Below are positions 12,915 to 26,422 of a stretch of DNA of 51,748 nt, in pieces. Origin of the DNA: Folioceros fuciformis (Eukaryota). The notes beneath the pieces were generated by a model, which was not told the DNA's origin, searched no databases, and saw only the letters and a program-made list of their open reading frames with translations. Each line of letters begins with the position of its first letter. Position 1 is the stretch's first letter. A program made the translations under genes and the position numbers. Location of the stretch: positions 134,592 through 186,339 of the forward strand of contig JBNGIO010006232.1 of assembly GCA_049999805.1 (NCBI GenBank), written 5' to 3'.

Positions 12915-15900
12915 ATGTCATGGCACCGCAGAGCACGATTGCTGCAACCTGGGCAAGTCTCCTGGAAAACTGCACAAGGCATGGCTGATATTGCAAAGCG
13001 GCTTGCATGCAGTCATGCTGTAGGAGCAGTGGGTTACAAGCGGAACGTCTGCAAGGCCACTACAGTGGGCGAACCATCACCAAGCGATGATGTTGCACCT
13101 CCCGTGGCCCCTAAGCGGTCCCATCCCAAGAGTGTGCATGGAACTTCCTGGGATGATCCCTATCATTGGATGTCAAATGCTCAGGATCCGTGTCTGCACC
13201 AACTTCTGCACCAGGAGCAGAAGTATTTCGATGCAGTGATGGCCGATACCCTTCAGCTGCAATCGACTCTGAAGCGAGAAATGGCAGGCAGAATGGCCAA
13301 ACAACTATCATCCTCCTTAGTTCCTTGGGGCCCTTGGTGAGGAGCATGCTTGCTGTCATTGTGTAAACTTTTTTATGATCTGTTCCAGAAACTGGGGGAC
13401 CGGACAGCATTCTGTTTTCGTACGCTATGGGGCATTGGAGGGCAACTGTGAATCTGAGAAACTAACACTGACGGTGGCATCAGGCTTTATTACACGAAGG
13501 TACCTGAGGGGAAAGAGTACCCAGTATTCTACAGGAAGAGAAGGGTCGAAGAGACTGCTGAACCAAGATCTGGATGGAGGAAACTGGTGGCTGCTGCTAC
13601 TGGTTTTAAGAAGGAGAGGCCTGAGGTGTTAGTTGATCAGAATCTCATTGCTGAAGAGCATGGCAAGGACTCATTCCCGGTCTCGTTGTCGTGTACTGCC
13701 TTCAGATGTGCACCCTGTGGAGTCAATTCATGTTGCATGATTTATCTGTTCTGTGAAAGGAACTTGGTGGAAGTATGCTTTAGAGTTTTCAAAGACAGTT
13801 TCTGACGTGAGTTGAATGTTCTGCAGGTTATGCTCAGCTGGGAATGTGCAAGCTTTCTTCTGACCATCGGCTGCTTGCTTATACCGTGGATCTTGTTGGG
13901 TCTGAGCTTTTTACACTGTTCATCAAGGATTTGAACACCGGACGCTTGCTCCAACAGCATACAACTGAAGGTGTTGCGAGTATGGAATGGGCGAGCAACT
14001 CACGAACACTATTTTACACAGTGCCAGATAATATGTTAAGGCCTTTCAGGTTGACTACATCTAAATCTGAGCAGATGTCCATAATGCTGGTAGCTATGTG
14101 TAAGGCCGATTCCTAATTGCTTACTTCGTGGGAGTGCCTGTATAGGGTTTTTGGTCGAAAGTTGGATGAGCGGGATTCTGATTATCTGCTGTTTGAGGAG
14201 AGTGATCCGCGCTTTTCTGTTGACGTTGGTAGGACAAAAGATTGGTGTTTCATCATTATCAATGTCAGGTCCAAGAATTCAAGCGAGGTGATTTTCATGG
14301 GGTCAGATAATGTGTATTACATTCATGTGTTGGGCTCACCATTTAGCAACACTCAGGGGAAGCCTAGTGTGCACTAATATGTGTTAATCTGGTCTTCTCC
14401 AGGTGTATCTGATGGATGCCAACAAACCTCAGGCTCGATTGCAGTTGGTTCAAAGGCGGAAGCCTGGGTTGGAGTATTTTGTTGAACATCACACTGGTCT
14501 TCTCTACATCCTCACAAATTTTACAGCAGATGACCATGATGTACACGATTCCGGAAATCTCAGACTCGTTCAGACCTCATTAGAAGCTCTGCGCTGTGAG
14601 TGTTGGCAGGTAAGGGCAGAGTGTTGCCTTGGTTTCGCTCTGCGAAGATTGTGGGCCCTTGACCCACTCGTGCTTGGCAGCAACTCCTGGTAGCACACAC
14701 GTGGATGTAAGTTGGGGGAGTTCTGTGACTTTCTAAGGCGTATGTTGCAGACTGTACTGGCAGCTGAGCCGGGTGTAGTTTTCGAGAACATGGAAATGTT
14801 CAAGAACCACCTGGTCCTTTATGCGAGAAAGGCAGGAGCACCTAGGATTCGTGTCCTTCAGATGCCCTTGTCATCACGCAATGAGGTTGGCACAGGTTGC
14901 ATGTGGTGGCCATGTACGTTGGTGAAAGGATGGCAAACAATATGGTGCGTTTGACACCTTCAGTGATATCATGCTGCAGGCTAGTCAACAGCCCATGGCT
15001 GTGCAATCTTGGAGGTTGCACCTTCCTCAAGAAGTTTGCTCTGTAACTCCTGGGACAAATCTCGATTTCCTGTCATCAGTTCTTCAATTGCAAGTTTCAT
15101 CACCTACGGTATGGTACCTTGACACTGTGGTTCGCTTTTGACAGACCTCGTTTTGTTTAGTTGTGAGTTTGGTTTGACACAACCACCTGCTCTGTCTTCC
15201 CTCCATGGTGTGCCATCTGATGCTTTTGCTTGCAGATCCCAGAAGCGTTTCTCGGATTCGATTTGTCCGAGAGAACAGCTGAAGTGCTTGAACAGGAGCA
15301 AGTGCTGCTGGATGGGGGAGCTTTTGCGGATTACAAGGGCGGCTCCTTGGAGAGAGGAACACAAAACCAAAGCAATCGTCTGCATACTACGGGGACCCCG
15401 AGATTGCCCAGGAACTTGATCAACCTGTCCAACCTCTTTCTTTGCACACGAAGAGAAGCTGTATCACATGATGGTGTGTCGGTCCCGATTACGGTAGTAC
15501 ACTCTCAAAAATTAGAACTGCGCGGCCAGAGTCCCTGCTTGCTTGTCGGATATGGTGCATATGGTGAGTCATTGGAGATAAATTGGAGCAGTGACCAACT
15601 GAGCTTACTTGAGCGGGGCTGGGTTTTGGCCTTTGCGCATGTCAGGTATGGTTTTCGTCCTTCCCTCATTAACCTGTCCGTGGGTGCTTTATATCCGTTG
15701 CAAATCCCGCTCTGTATGATCTCTCGAACATCGGATAAGAGTCATATTCATCAATCGGTTTTGCTGCTACCAGAGGGGGCGGTGAGCTGGGCAGATCGTG
15801 GTATCACTCAGGATCGCTAATGGAGAAGAAGAACTCCTTCTATGACTTCATAGCCTGCGGTCAGTTTCTGCTCGATCAAGAATATGCTCACAGAGATAAA

Positions 15901-16563
15901 CTGTGTGCATATGGCACCAGTGCAGGAGGGTTGCTAGTAGCAGCCTCAATCAACCAGAGTCCCGGTCTTTTCCGGGCAGCAGTCTTGAAGGTGATCTTAC
16001 TTACTTGACTGAATCTCGGTTTCAGGGGAGGCATTGATTGTTGGACACAAGTCGTAGCTTGCACCTGACTCTGACGAAGCATTTGGATGCTGGCAAGTTC
16101 TGTAGGTTCCCTTCCTCGACATCTGTAACACTATGTTGGATGCCAGTTTACCTCTAACTGTGCATGAATATGATGAGTGGGGAAATCCTTCAAGTGACCC
16201 TGCCACTTTTTCCTACATCAGAAGTTACTCGCCGTGTGACAACATTCGACATGGAGCAGTGTATCCAGCAATGCTGGTGACAGCGTCTCTCAGTGACACA
16301 CGGTAAGCTGCGGGAAGTTGCTGGCGTCAGGTCCAGATTTTACCTTCCGTTTCTGATGTATCTTATGATGCTGTGACAGGGTGGGCTATTGGGAAGCAGT
16401 TAAATGGGTGGCCAGCGTTCGTGCTTGCACCCACCAGGACCCCCGCCACCCTGTCATTCTCAAGCCTATAGCTGGAGGCCATTTTGGCGAGGGTGGCCGA
16501 TTCCAACATCTTCGTATGACTGCTCTGGAATACGCTTTTCTCATCAAAATGACAAGGCCATGA
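12915..16563 (+). CDS. Oligopeptidase B / protease 2 (prolyl oligopeptidase family S9A), multi-exon, probable organellar transit peptide
   Basis: N-terminal HGTSWDDPYHWM. Beta-propeller segments such as LLAYTVDLVGSELFTL. Catalytic domain has GYGAYG, HVRGGGELG, nucleophile GTSAGG (~15913), PFLD, EYDEWGNP, catalytic Asp in SDTRV and His in GGHFGEGG. Confidence 0.92.
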
Positions 16564-17321
16564 TCCAATCAGTTTTGGGAGCTCCTTTGAAAGAATGGTT
16601 TTCCTAGAAACGCCAGCAACGGTAAGACATCACATCATCTGGCCCCTGTAGCTGTGATCAGTCTTTTGATAGGTCATTCTGATGCTCGACACTCTCTGAA
16701 GTTCTTGTTCTGGCCCCGAATAAGCTCGCTGTCCCTTCTCCTACAGGTTGCAGGTGGAGCAAGAAGCACCCACGTGAAGCTCGGCTATTGTCTCATGGAC
16801 CTGTCATGGTGAGAGAAGACTGTCTATCGAGAAACGTACAGGAGACACGGTTGTCATGTAGGTAGCATGCTCAAAGCTTTCTCGGAACTTGCAAAACCCA
16901 ACAGCATGCATGGTCGTGCTGAATGCAGGCATACAAACATCCATATCGTGGTTCATCTATAAAAACTTCACTGAAGAATTTTTTGAGTACCTAGTAATAC
17001 AATATCTAGCTCCTAGTAAATGTTCCCTCGCAAACTACGGAGAGTAGTACGTGGACTCCTCCTCAATTTGTCGCACTGCGCAGTGTGGCTGCGGGTCGTC
17101 TTCAGGGCTGATGCTTGGATGCATATCCGATGACCGAAGCGGAAGCACGGCGCCTGCTGTCATTCTGCCGCTACCGCTGCATTCCTGAGCGCTCCTATCC
17201 CTCCGCAGATGCAGGCGTCCCTCTGGTTGCCGCAGTAACGAATCTTGCAAAAAAGGCGCTTTTTGTTGACCTGCTACAGCAGGAAGGGCAGATCGGAAGC
17301 TTGGAAGCTTGAGAGGAGCCA

Positions 17322-18699
17322 ATGAACGGTCGAGCAGGGATGGAAGCGGCAGCGCAGTGGGACGACCTGCGAAAGCAGGTACGCTGTGCTACACCAGCAG
17401 GTATTTCCGTCAATCACATCGGAGGAGCCTGGAAGCTCCGGTTCGGGCACGTCTGTCGTAATTTGCTAGTTTCTTGGATATGGAATTGATCAGGCGTCAG
17501 GCCAGGTGTCTTTCCCGGACAACGTTGAGCAGCAGCTGGACATCTGCTGCGCGTAACCCTTGATTAGTGATCAGTTTCCTGACATTTTGCAAAGATCTGA
17601 GTCCTTGCTGTTAGTACTGTTGATCTTACTGCCTTGCGTTTCGGGTAGTCAAAATAGGCTGAGCAGGTTCTGTGTATAGAACAGGCTATAATACTGCATG
17701 TTGAACGTCGAGACATCAGGTCAGCAAGCACGGTGGTTGACCTGTATCAGGGCACTTAACGTTGCTGCTGTGGCTTTACAGGCAAGGAAGCTGGAAGGCG
17801 AATTAGACGTGAAGTTATCCAGTTACAGGAGAGGTCCAAATGGCAGGGGAGATGAGCAAGCTAAAGGGGACGAAGCAGAAATAGAGACACTGTTACAACA
17901 ATTGCAAACTGTCAATGATAAAATGCAAGCATGGGTGTCCACGGCTGGTTCGGACGTTCTTTCACATACTCTTGCAAGACACCAAAATATCTTCCATGAG
18001 TTAGCTCAGGCAAGCTCTAGCATTCTGCTTTACCTGTTTTTCGAAACGTATGTGAGGATGGAGCACGTCGGTCATGGCTTGCGGTCAACAGATGTTTCGT
18101 TTGGTTCACAGGAGTTTCGGAGGATAACTTCAACTGCAAAAGCCAGCAGAGATCATGCAGAACTTCTCCAAACTTTCACCAGAACGAGTGAGGACAGGCG
18201 CAACAACTATGCTGCGGTTGATGTTGATTCTTCCCAGCAGTCTCTTCTCAGGGAGCAAGTCTCCATTTACCGAAACACGGCACAGGTGTGTAGCTTGCCT
18301 TATCCTGCTGAGTTGCGTGTTAAGTGCAGTTGGACTTTTAAAGTAGCTGTTGAAATGTCACGCAGGTAGACTACGTAATCGGTCAAGCCCAAGCAGCCTT
18401 CAGTGCTTTGAGCATGCAGCGGTCCATGTTTGATGATATTGGGGGGAAAATCAACTCCGTTGGCACGAAGTTTACATCTGTAAGGAGCTCCGCTTTTATC
18501 GATCGCTTATCGTCGTTGATTTCTTTTCCGATGAGGCTGAGCGACACTTTGTGCTAACGGATAACTACTGTCGCACGATGTTTAGGTGAGCTCCGTGCTG
18601 ACTGCAATAAAACGGAAGAAGTCGAAGGATACCATCATCATCTCCGCAGTAGTGGCCATATGTACCGTCCTGTTGATTATTTTGTGGTTGTCAAAGTGA
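17322..18699 (+). CDS. GOS11: Golgi SNARE 11 (GOS1-family Qb-SNARE); exons 17322-17378, 17782-18009, 18112-18285, 18366-18479, 18586-18699
   Basis: WDDLRKQ-ARKLEGELD...QLQTVNDKMQAWVS...SHTLARHQ...RNTAQ-VDYVIGQAQA...AIKRKKSKDTII followed by a C-terminal TM anchor, closely matching plant GOS11. The start could instead be the ATG at 17340. Confidence 0.92.
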
Positions 18700-19738
18700 G
18701 GCAGCATTGAGGCTAAGGGTGCAAGTGCGACCAATCTGTTTGCCTTCTGGAGTCCCAGCCTGACATTCGGCATGGACGGTACACTCCCACGGACCGTATG
18801 GAGACAAATTCCTTTCGTCAAGAGGTCCTTGCCCTGAGATGTCTGCGGACTTCTGTTGCTTTACTCACGCTGCGAGTTCCCTCAAATTTTCACGCTCCGT
18901 TTTTGGCTGGTTGACCAGCCAGGATGCAGGCCTCAAGCCGACTGGCCATCCACATAGACATATATATATATATATATTACTTAGTTTGGGTAAGAATGAT
19001 TTGGGGACTGAATCCAGTCCGGTCCAGTAGAGAGCGAGCGTGGGAAGCGGTATGGAGAAAGGGCATTGGAAACTTCACATCATGGCAGCTACGGGTATCC
19101 ATCTGTCCATCTGAACCATACACCGCAATGATCTCAAGTTGCCTCATGCCGTTCCCGTTTCCCTTGAGTCCGTTCAAAGTGAGCATGTCCCTGTCTCATC
19201 ATGCGGGAATGGCTTTCCTTCAACCACCAAATCATGCTTACGCAAAGTACTTTATGGGGTTCCCATCAAGACGTGCTTCCTTCTTCTCACCTAGGGCAAA
19301 GCGAGAAAAGACTACTTACTTACAATTGTACTCTAGCAAAAAACAGGACGGCGTGCTTGTTTGTTGTGTACACATTCATCACACACATTCCAGGTTCCAG
19401 TTGTCAAGAAGGTGTCAGCAGCTCTACCGAGGACACCGGGTTACTTCGTAAGCTACTGAGATTTACTCCCTCCTACTCTTGGCATGGCAGTCGGCCATCG
19501 TCACTCTCGCAGCTCACACCTCTTCACATGGGACACAAGAGTTTCACCTGTGCACCGGAGCTCTCCAAATTCACCTCAGGTGGCCGTCGCAGCTCTCTTC
19601 CAGCGCTCTACAATCCAACACTCAAGGTTCAACCAAGGAAAGAATAAGGATTGACCAGACGAGGTGGAAGAGACAAGAGCCTACACCTTGAGGTATGAGA
19701 AGCAAGGAGGAAGCCGATCGTATGTTTACAAGATGTCG

Positions 19739-21814
19739 TCATTCTCTAGAGGATGACAGTAAACTCTTTCGTTGTTCAGCACCTTGATCACCGAACTCCT
19801 TCCACTGTTCTGCACTAGCCTCAACATCCTCCTCCTCAATAGAGAAGTGGTTCAGTTCCATGTCCCCCTGCACGAGCGTGCAGAAACTTAGATTCATACG
19901 ACCCCATGTGCAAGCCGCAAATGGGTCCATGGGCCCTAAAAGCACTCCACAGGTGGAAATGGGGGACAAGAGACTACACACAATCTGTTTTCCAGTTATT
20001 TGTTGCACCTTACGCTTTTCACTCGCATAGTTCACCAATACCGTTCCTACCAGGATCACTGCACCTCCGATACAAGTCCAGGGCCTGCAAGATGGAAGTA
20101 CTTCATCAGAATTGATTCAAACTCGCGGGCATTCTACTTTTCGCGTTGAGCTCATGGGTGTCTGGAGAGAATACCCTGGCTGAGGAGTTTGCTGAAGGGC
20201 CCAACCAATCAAGGACCCAAGCACTGGCTCCATTGTGATAGCCATGGCCACCACTACTTGAGAAGAGTACCGTAGAACAGCATTCACGCCGGTGTGACCC
20301 ACAAATCCAGGTCCAAGAGCCAGGTACACAACCAGGAGCAAGAATTCTGTACCAGCGAGGGAAGGTTTAGAAGCGCATGAGAGAGCACATGCAGTTTAGC
20401 AATAAAGGTGGCACCAGGTACCTTGCTGAACCCAGTTGAAAGGACCACTGACGAGTCCGGACTCAGATTGGCTCCAGCCTTCCATAAGTCCCCCTGCTAG
20501 AGCAAGGAAGCCAGCAGCTAAAGCTGTAATAGGAAAGCTGTAGACATACAGTGGCATCCACCCTGGCACATGCCCAAACCCATTCATTCTATTAGCACAG
20601 TCGTTGCCTTCTTTCCTGCCGGCTTCCTTGTCCCCCTTTCCGGGCTTGCAAATTTGGAATCACCTCGAAGATGACGTCCAGCAGACAGATGAAGAGCAAA
20701 AGCTGCAGCTGCAAGAAACGAGGCGACATCCCCGGCGAACGTGACCTCTTGGTCACCTTGTACGCTCGACGCAAAGACTATTACAACTACTCCAAGGACA
20801 CCCAGCGCAACTCCACCAACTTCTCCTTTGGACAATGGCTGGCATTGTAACCACGAGACGGCTGCTAGAATGACCGGAGGCATGGCTACCAAGAGCAGAC
20901 TGTGTGGCAACGAGGTGTGATCCAAGGACCAAACCTTCATCCACAGCGAAGGCACGAGCAATCACGTTAGGCGCCACCACCGCCCAGAAAAGCTCATCAT
21001 CCATGCGAGCTCGGACTGGTGCGATAAATCAAGCCAGGCGTGTCATGACGAAGCGAAAGACGTACCCACAAACCGAAATGGCAAGCGATGGACAGCCCGT
21101 CCACCACCAGTACAAACACCGTGGCCTTCTGAAGAAACTGTTGCTTCTCAATCTCCCGCATCCGCCACCACTGCCAAACGAATCCGGGCAGCAGGATGAG
21201 AGCAGTAAGTTGCACTCGCCACCCTGCTCTCGTCACGGGAGCAGCTCCACCCATACTCTTCATCACCTGCCCCAAATTCGATTTCACGCACATCAACGAC
21301 CCACATCCACAATCCTTCACGACTCCAGCGCCCACAAACTTTAAAAGCCGTCGCACAGGGTTGAGACACATACTGCACCCGCAGACGAGATAGCCAGCAC
21401 CGCGCATACCAAGACCGGGGCCACGAACCACGGTGGCTTCAGCCCTTCTTCCTTCCACCCGTCGTCCCAGCTGGAACCAGCATCGTGGCCACGGGGACTG
21501 TCCCACCCAGCCTTGCCTTCTCCTGCTTCGTCACCCGACTCCGACAGAAGTCCGCGATCGTCCTCCAACATCCAGGTCTGGGCCTCCCCCCATGTCACCC
21601 GCTTCACTCGAACAGGAGCCTCTGGCGCTTCGATATTGCGGACGTCTGCTGCATAATCCTGCACCCCACTCGCTCCCGCACCTTCCCTGCCTGCTTCTCC
21701 TTCTCCATCTCCTGCTCCTCGTCCTCCTCCTCCACCTCCTCCTCCTCCTCCTACATCTCCTTCTCCTTCCCGCATATCTTTCTCCGCACCCACTTCAATG
21801 CCATCCAAACTCAT
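19739..21814 (-). CDS. EamA/DMT-family membrane transporter with acidic, Gly-rich N-terminus, multi-exon
   Basis: Hydrophobic exons: AVLAISSAG, AGWRVQLTALILLP, HFGLWV-WSLDHTSLPHSLLLV, GDVASFLAA, GHTGVNAVLRY, MEPVLGSLIGW, GGAVILVG. This is a two-repeat EamA pattern. Confidence 0.85.
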
Positions 21815-22786
21815 GGCCAATGGCTCCTGCACCGAATTTCTCGCCCAGCTTCAAATCCAAATTGCATGTCCGATGCAAACACGCGCACGCAGACACACAC
21901 GCTCCTGTGACCCTGGGCTCCAGCTCCCTTGACTCTAGTTACAACCTTGACCCCGGTAACATAACAACTTACATGCACACTGGAGAGGAACCAACCACAG
22001 CTCATTTCGCTGCACAGTGCACACGAACCCAGATCCAGATGTACAGTGTACATTACTCCACAGCTCTGGCAGGACAGCACATGCTCTCCGTACAGGCCAC
22101 ACCACTATGGATCTCTCTTGCGGCAACCAATACCAACTTTGGAGACTTTATATGTAAAACAAGGGATGAGAAACCCAAGAAAAAACACTGCACACACCAA
22201 CCTGCAGCACCCATAACTAATCCTCCATGTCACGCTCAAGAACTTCATCCCTGCACAGTAAAGCATTTAGAATATGATCTATAATCACACCTTTGTGACT
22301 AGAGTCTAGAAAAAGTTCAAAGAAGACTATCCTTTGCTCATGCTAGAAAATAAATTCTTAGAAGTCATTTGATGGTTCTTCATGCATAGTTCTCAATCTT
22401 GAGAGGGAAAAACCAGAGAGTAAAATTGATCTAGGATGATCTAGGTTGAAAGACACATGGATGCCAAGATAGAGAGAAAGGGAAGTTGGACTTCTTTAGG
22501 ATTGAGACAACTAGAAGAGACAATGGTCTAGAAAACTATTCTCAAAACAGAACCCACATATCTAGAGGTAGGAATAAAACTAGTCATACCAGCATACCTT
22601 GCTTTGCCAATAAAGCTGTAGAGGAGTGAAAGAGGAGTAGGGATGAGGAAGTGCAAGCATGAATGATTAGCCTCATGCTCTTCTAAAGAATGGAGACAAC
22701 TTGGTTAGGCAATGAATTCATAAGTTCAAGAAAGTTTTCAAGAATAATGGCAAAGGAGACAAACTTCGTTCAAAAATGAGAGTGTG

Positions 22787-23051
22787 TGAATTCCATCAGG
22801 TCCATTCCACCAGATCCACTCATGTTAGGACCAAACCCTAAATTCCAAGCTACTGAATTCCATCAGGTCCATTCCACCAGATCCGTTGTTGGAAGGACCA
22901 AACCCTAAATTCCAAGCTACTGAATTCCATCAGGTCCATTCCACCAGATCCGCTGTTGGAAGGACCAAACCCTAAATTCCAAGCTACTGAATTCCATCAT
23001 GTCCATTCCACCAGATCCGCTGCTGGAAGGACCAAACCCTAAATTCCAAGC
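22787..23051. repeat. Tandem array of 4 x 67 bp, each unit carrying AAACCCTAAA
   Basis: Units start at 22787, 22854, 22921 and 22988 (tgaattccatcaggtccattccaccagatcc...ggaccaaaccctaaattccaagc). Confidence 0.95.
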
Positions 23052-23463
23052 CACATCCATTGATAGTGCGAGAGGCATATGCCTCATGCCATAAACATGT
23101 AGTTCCACCGAGATGGCACATATTATATTTCTTTTTATTGAATTCGAAGCCTTTACATATATTTTACTTTTGAAAAACACTGAGAGACTTTACTAGAAGC
23201 ACCACGCACCACGAACCTATGCCAGTAACGGTTGCACACGCCCGGAAAACTCGCGAACCAGTCAGGACATGACCTTTTCAACCGCAGGCCGTTCAACGAA
23301 CCCAACCAAGAATAGTAAAGGTTGGAAATGAGCTTCCTCATTCCTTCTCCAGCGTGAACCGGCAGTATCACAAAGTTGGGACGTGCATGCATTAACACAG
23401 TATGACCTATACCAAGTCAGGAATCCCTTCCCTTCTGGTACGCGAGGGGAAGACACAGTCCAA

Positions 23464-26422
23464 CTATTTTCTGACGGCAACTACAGCTACATTCCGCGGG
23501 GAAATAGCGGGGTCGAAGAGAGGCACCAATCTCGGCGAGTACTCCATGGAGGACGTTGCCTCCAACTCCTCCAAAAACAGAAGCCGGTCCAAGAGAATGA
23601 ACGCCTCCAGTGCCGGGGCCAGGACCGCGCGCAGCGTCCAAAACGGACCTATCAAATCCTGCAAGCAAGGCAGCACCTCGGATCTGATCAGAATCCTGCA
23701 AATGAATGAATGAATGAATGAGAGGAAGGATAGATGTGAGGATGCTATGGAACACACGCCTGGTGTGTAGTGACATGTACCAGGTGCGGCTCAATTTCCC
23801 GCCAAATTTCTTGCACCAGCTGGCGCGGAACGGGGCCAAGTCCCATGCGCTTCAGAGCCTCATTCGTGTACTCTTGGAACGCATCTCTGCGGCTGGGAAC
23901 ACAATGCTCCTTGGCTTGCCTCGTTATTGGACGGTTCGCTCCTTCCTCTGGTGATGAGGAGGAGCTGGAGGAGAGCACAAGAGGTGTCAGGACACAGCGG
24001 AGGTAGGGAAGGTTTGAGCTGATGTCACAGTGTGGAATACACGCTTACTTGGAAGATGGATCTTCTCTAGTAGTGGATTCCGCGTCCCTGCGAGCTTGCC
24101 TCCGCCGTCGTGCTTTCCCTAAGCGACCGACGCTGGGGCTGGCTGTGGCGATGTTTGGATAGAAACGATGCAGAACCTGCACGAAACGGTTGCCTTTGTA
24201 CGTGAATTTGCGTAAAGGACGAGGGAGTGGACAGGTGAAATGGTGGAGGACGAGGAAGAACTGAAATCCACCAATTGGAAGGCCGCTCGAAAGGCATGTA
24301 TGTCGAAATTCTGTCGAGCGGCTGCGATTCCGCAGTCTTTCCATCTTGCAGCGCTCTGCACACACGCCAGGCCTGGTTAGTGTCAGGAGACGTCACGCTT
24401 TTGGAAAGCATAGTGGTGATTCTCAAGCGTTTTTCTGGGCTGGGAGGAGAGATAACGCTACCTGACAAGCAAGATCTCTTCCATTTCGATGCAGCTGCAA
24501 GCCGAGGCTTTTAGCTCCTCTGCTGAGAGGGAAACCAGTTTCACAGCCTGGGTGGCCTGAAGTTGAAGTATCTTCGGACAGAAGATTATAGCAGCAACCC
24601 ACACATACGACGGCCTTCACCTGGTGGCACTCCGAGAATGCCCTGTGTCACATGCGGGAGGATGTCAGGAACATCGACGGCCGACGGAAGCGGTTACGTG
24701 CTGTCGGTTCAGACTTACCGCAGAATGTTTGCAGAAAGATCTCCACATGCATGCAAGCCGGCAAGCACCACTGAGCGGGACTTCTTCTTGGCTTGTGGTG
24801 CATGGGGTGAGCCTGAGAGACTATGGAAGTCGAGCATGGGCATCATGGAGGTCAAGGAGGTGGGCTCATTTCCTGAGGCAACCCTACATGTGTAGGTCTG
24901 GGGTCCTAAAACCTTATGATCGGACTCTTTGTCAGCTGCAAACAGGATGAAGGTAAACTGGTGACGAACACGCGTAGGATTATTCAACCTGCAAAAGCGA
25001 GCTCAGTGAAGCCGACAAGAGACTCACACAGGCGCAAGCGAGATTCGTAGTGCTTCTTGATTTTCACAGCCCGCTCATTTGTCACATTGGCATGATGTTT
25101 GCAGACATCCAGTGCCACCACTGGAAGCTGATAGTCGAATGCCAAGACCTGTGCGAGGTAGCCCTGCACCAACAGCGGAGCAACAGATGCTAAAAGGTCG
25201 GCCCGATCACAACACAGTCTTGAAGAAGAGAGTCGTCACTCATCACTTACCTGTCCAGCACCAACATCGATCACATCTGTTGCGTTCACCTCTTCTGCGA
25301 TGCTTGACACAAGTGCAGCCAGAAATCTTATCTATAGAAACAGTAGTACAGAGTCTGACTTAGATCTCCTGAGTTGGTTTGGAAGCTTTTATTCCACACA
25401 GCTGCCTGCTGACAAGCATGGTAGATTTCAAGGCAATCTGGGGTAGATGGTTACCTCATGTCGCTTCTTGGAACTCATTCCCTGTGCAACAACACTGCCA
25501 AGATGAGCCACCTGCAGAGGAAGGAGAAGGAAACGACTGAGCCATAAAGACATGGAGCCGCGAGGAGCTAAAACATCAGCCATCCAGTAACAGGCCAGGT
25601 GCAATTTCATCACATTGGTTCTAGTCTCAGCAGGTTAGCTATCTGGAGCCTGACATATAGTCTCAGTCTCAGGTGGGCTACCTGACAGAGAACCGGCTGC
25701 TGGAAAGCTGCGATAACAAACAAGTCCTTCCCTCCACAAGAAGGGCATCAAACCTGTCATGAGAATTGCTATTTGTTCAAGCACCAAGATTGACCAACAA
25801 ATGTGATGATTCAACATCTGTGCACCAACATCCTTATCATGCAGAAAGCAGGCTACGGCGTGTTCAGGTATGATCCATACCAGCTGGCCGCTGGTACGTG
25901 GTTCTCGCTCAAGAGCAAGAGCGTTCGCACTTGTCACGAATGACTGCAGAGAAGCCGGCCATGATTCCTGAATATTCCCACCAGTGATGCTGTAAGTCTA
26001 CATCGTCTCTACCTAACAGATACTTTACAGTCCAACGCAACAAGATAATCCGTTAGGTCCACCTGCAGTAATCCACACGGGAGAAGCAGCATCTCCTCCA
26101 TCTCCATATCTCGCAAAGCGGTCAGCCAGTCCCAGTCCACCAGCTCCCATAGCTTCTCCTGCCGGCCACCCCAACGACATCAGCTTCATTCCACTAGCTG
26201 CTGGCCCGATTTCCACCTCATCTAACAAGCTCAGGAGCCCGCTCGTCATTGAAAGCATCCAGCACAGACCTGAAAAAAGTCTACCACATGAGCGTCCCAA
26301 AGTGCCTTGTATGGTTTGACGAACTGGGCAATGGCCTCAAGCTTCTGCAAAGTAGCCACTGTCTCTTCATCTTCGTCGGATTGTTTCACCAGATGCGGAC
26401 GCGCAACCGAAATCGGAAGCAT
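23464..26422 (-). CDS. METTL25/RRNAD1-like SAM-dependent methyltransferase, multi-exon
   Basis: Exons encode WDAHVVDFFQ-EKLWE, GMSSKKRHEV, VIDVGAGQ-GYLAQVL (motif I), LAGLHACGDLS and VGCCYNLLSE. The C-terminus is IGPFWTLRAVLAPALEAFILLDRLLFLEE...PLFDPAISPRNVAVVA. Confidence 0.9.

Noticed and set aside
21433-22284. 283-aa plus-strand ORF with a poly-Leu stretch
   Set aside because: It arises from the antisense of the (GGA)n Gly-rich tract of the EamA exon.
22285-22786. Transposon remnant in the purine-rich interval
   Set aside because: It looks degenerate, but I found no identifiable domain or terminal repeat.
22787-23051. CRISPR-like array or true telomere
   Set aside because: The whole 67-bp unit repeats with only point differences, and the telomere motif is single per unit rather than tandem.
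23383-24006. Plus-strand ORFs as a separate gene
   Set aside because: The region is explained by the last exons of the METTL25-like gene on the minus strand.
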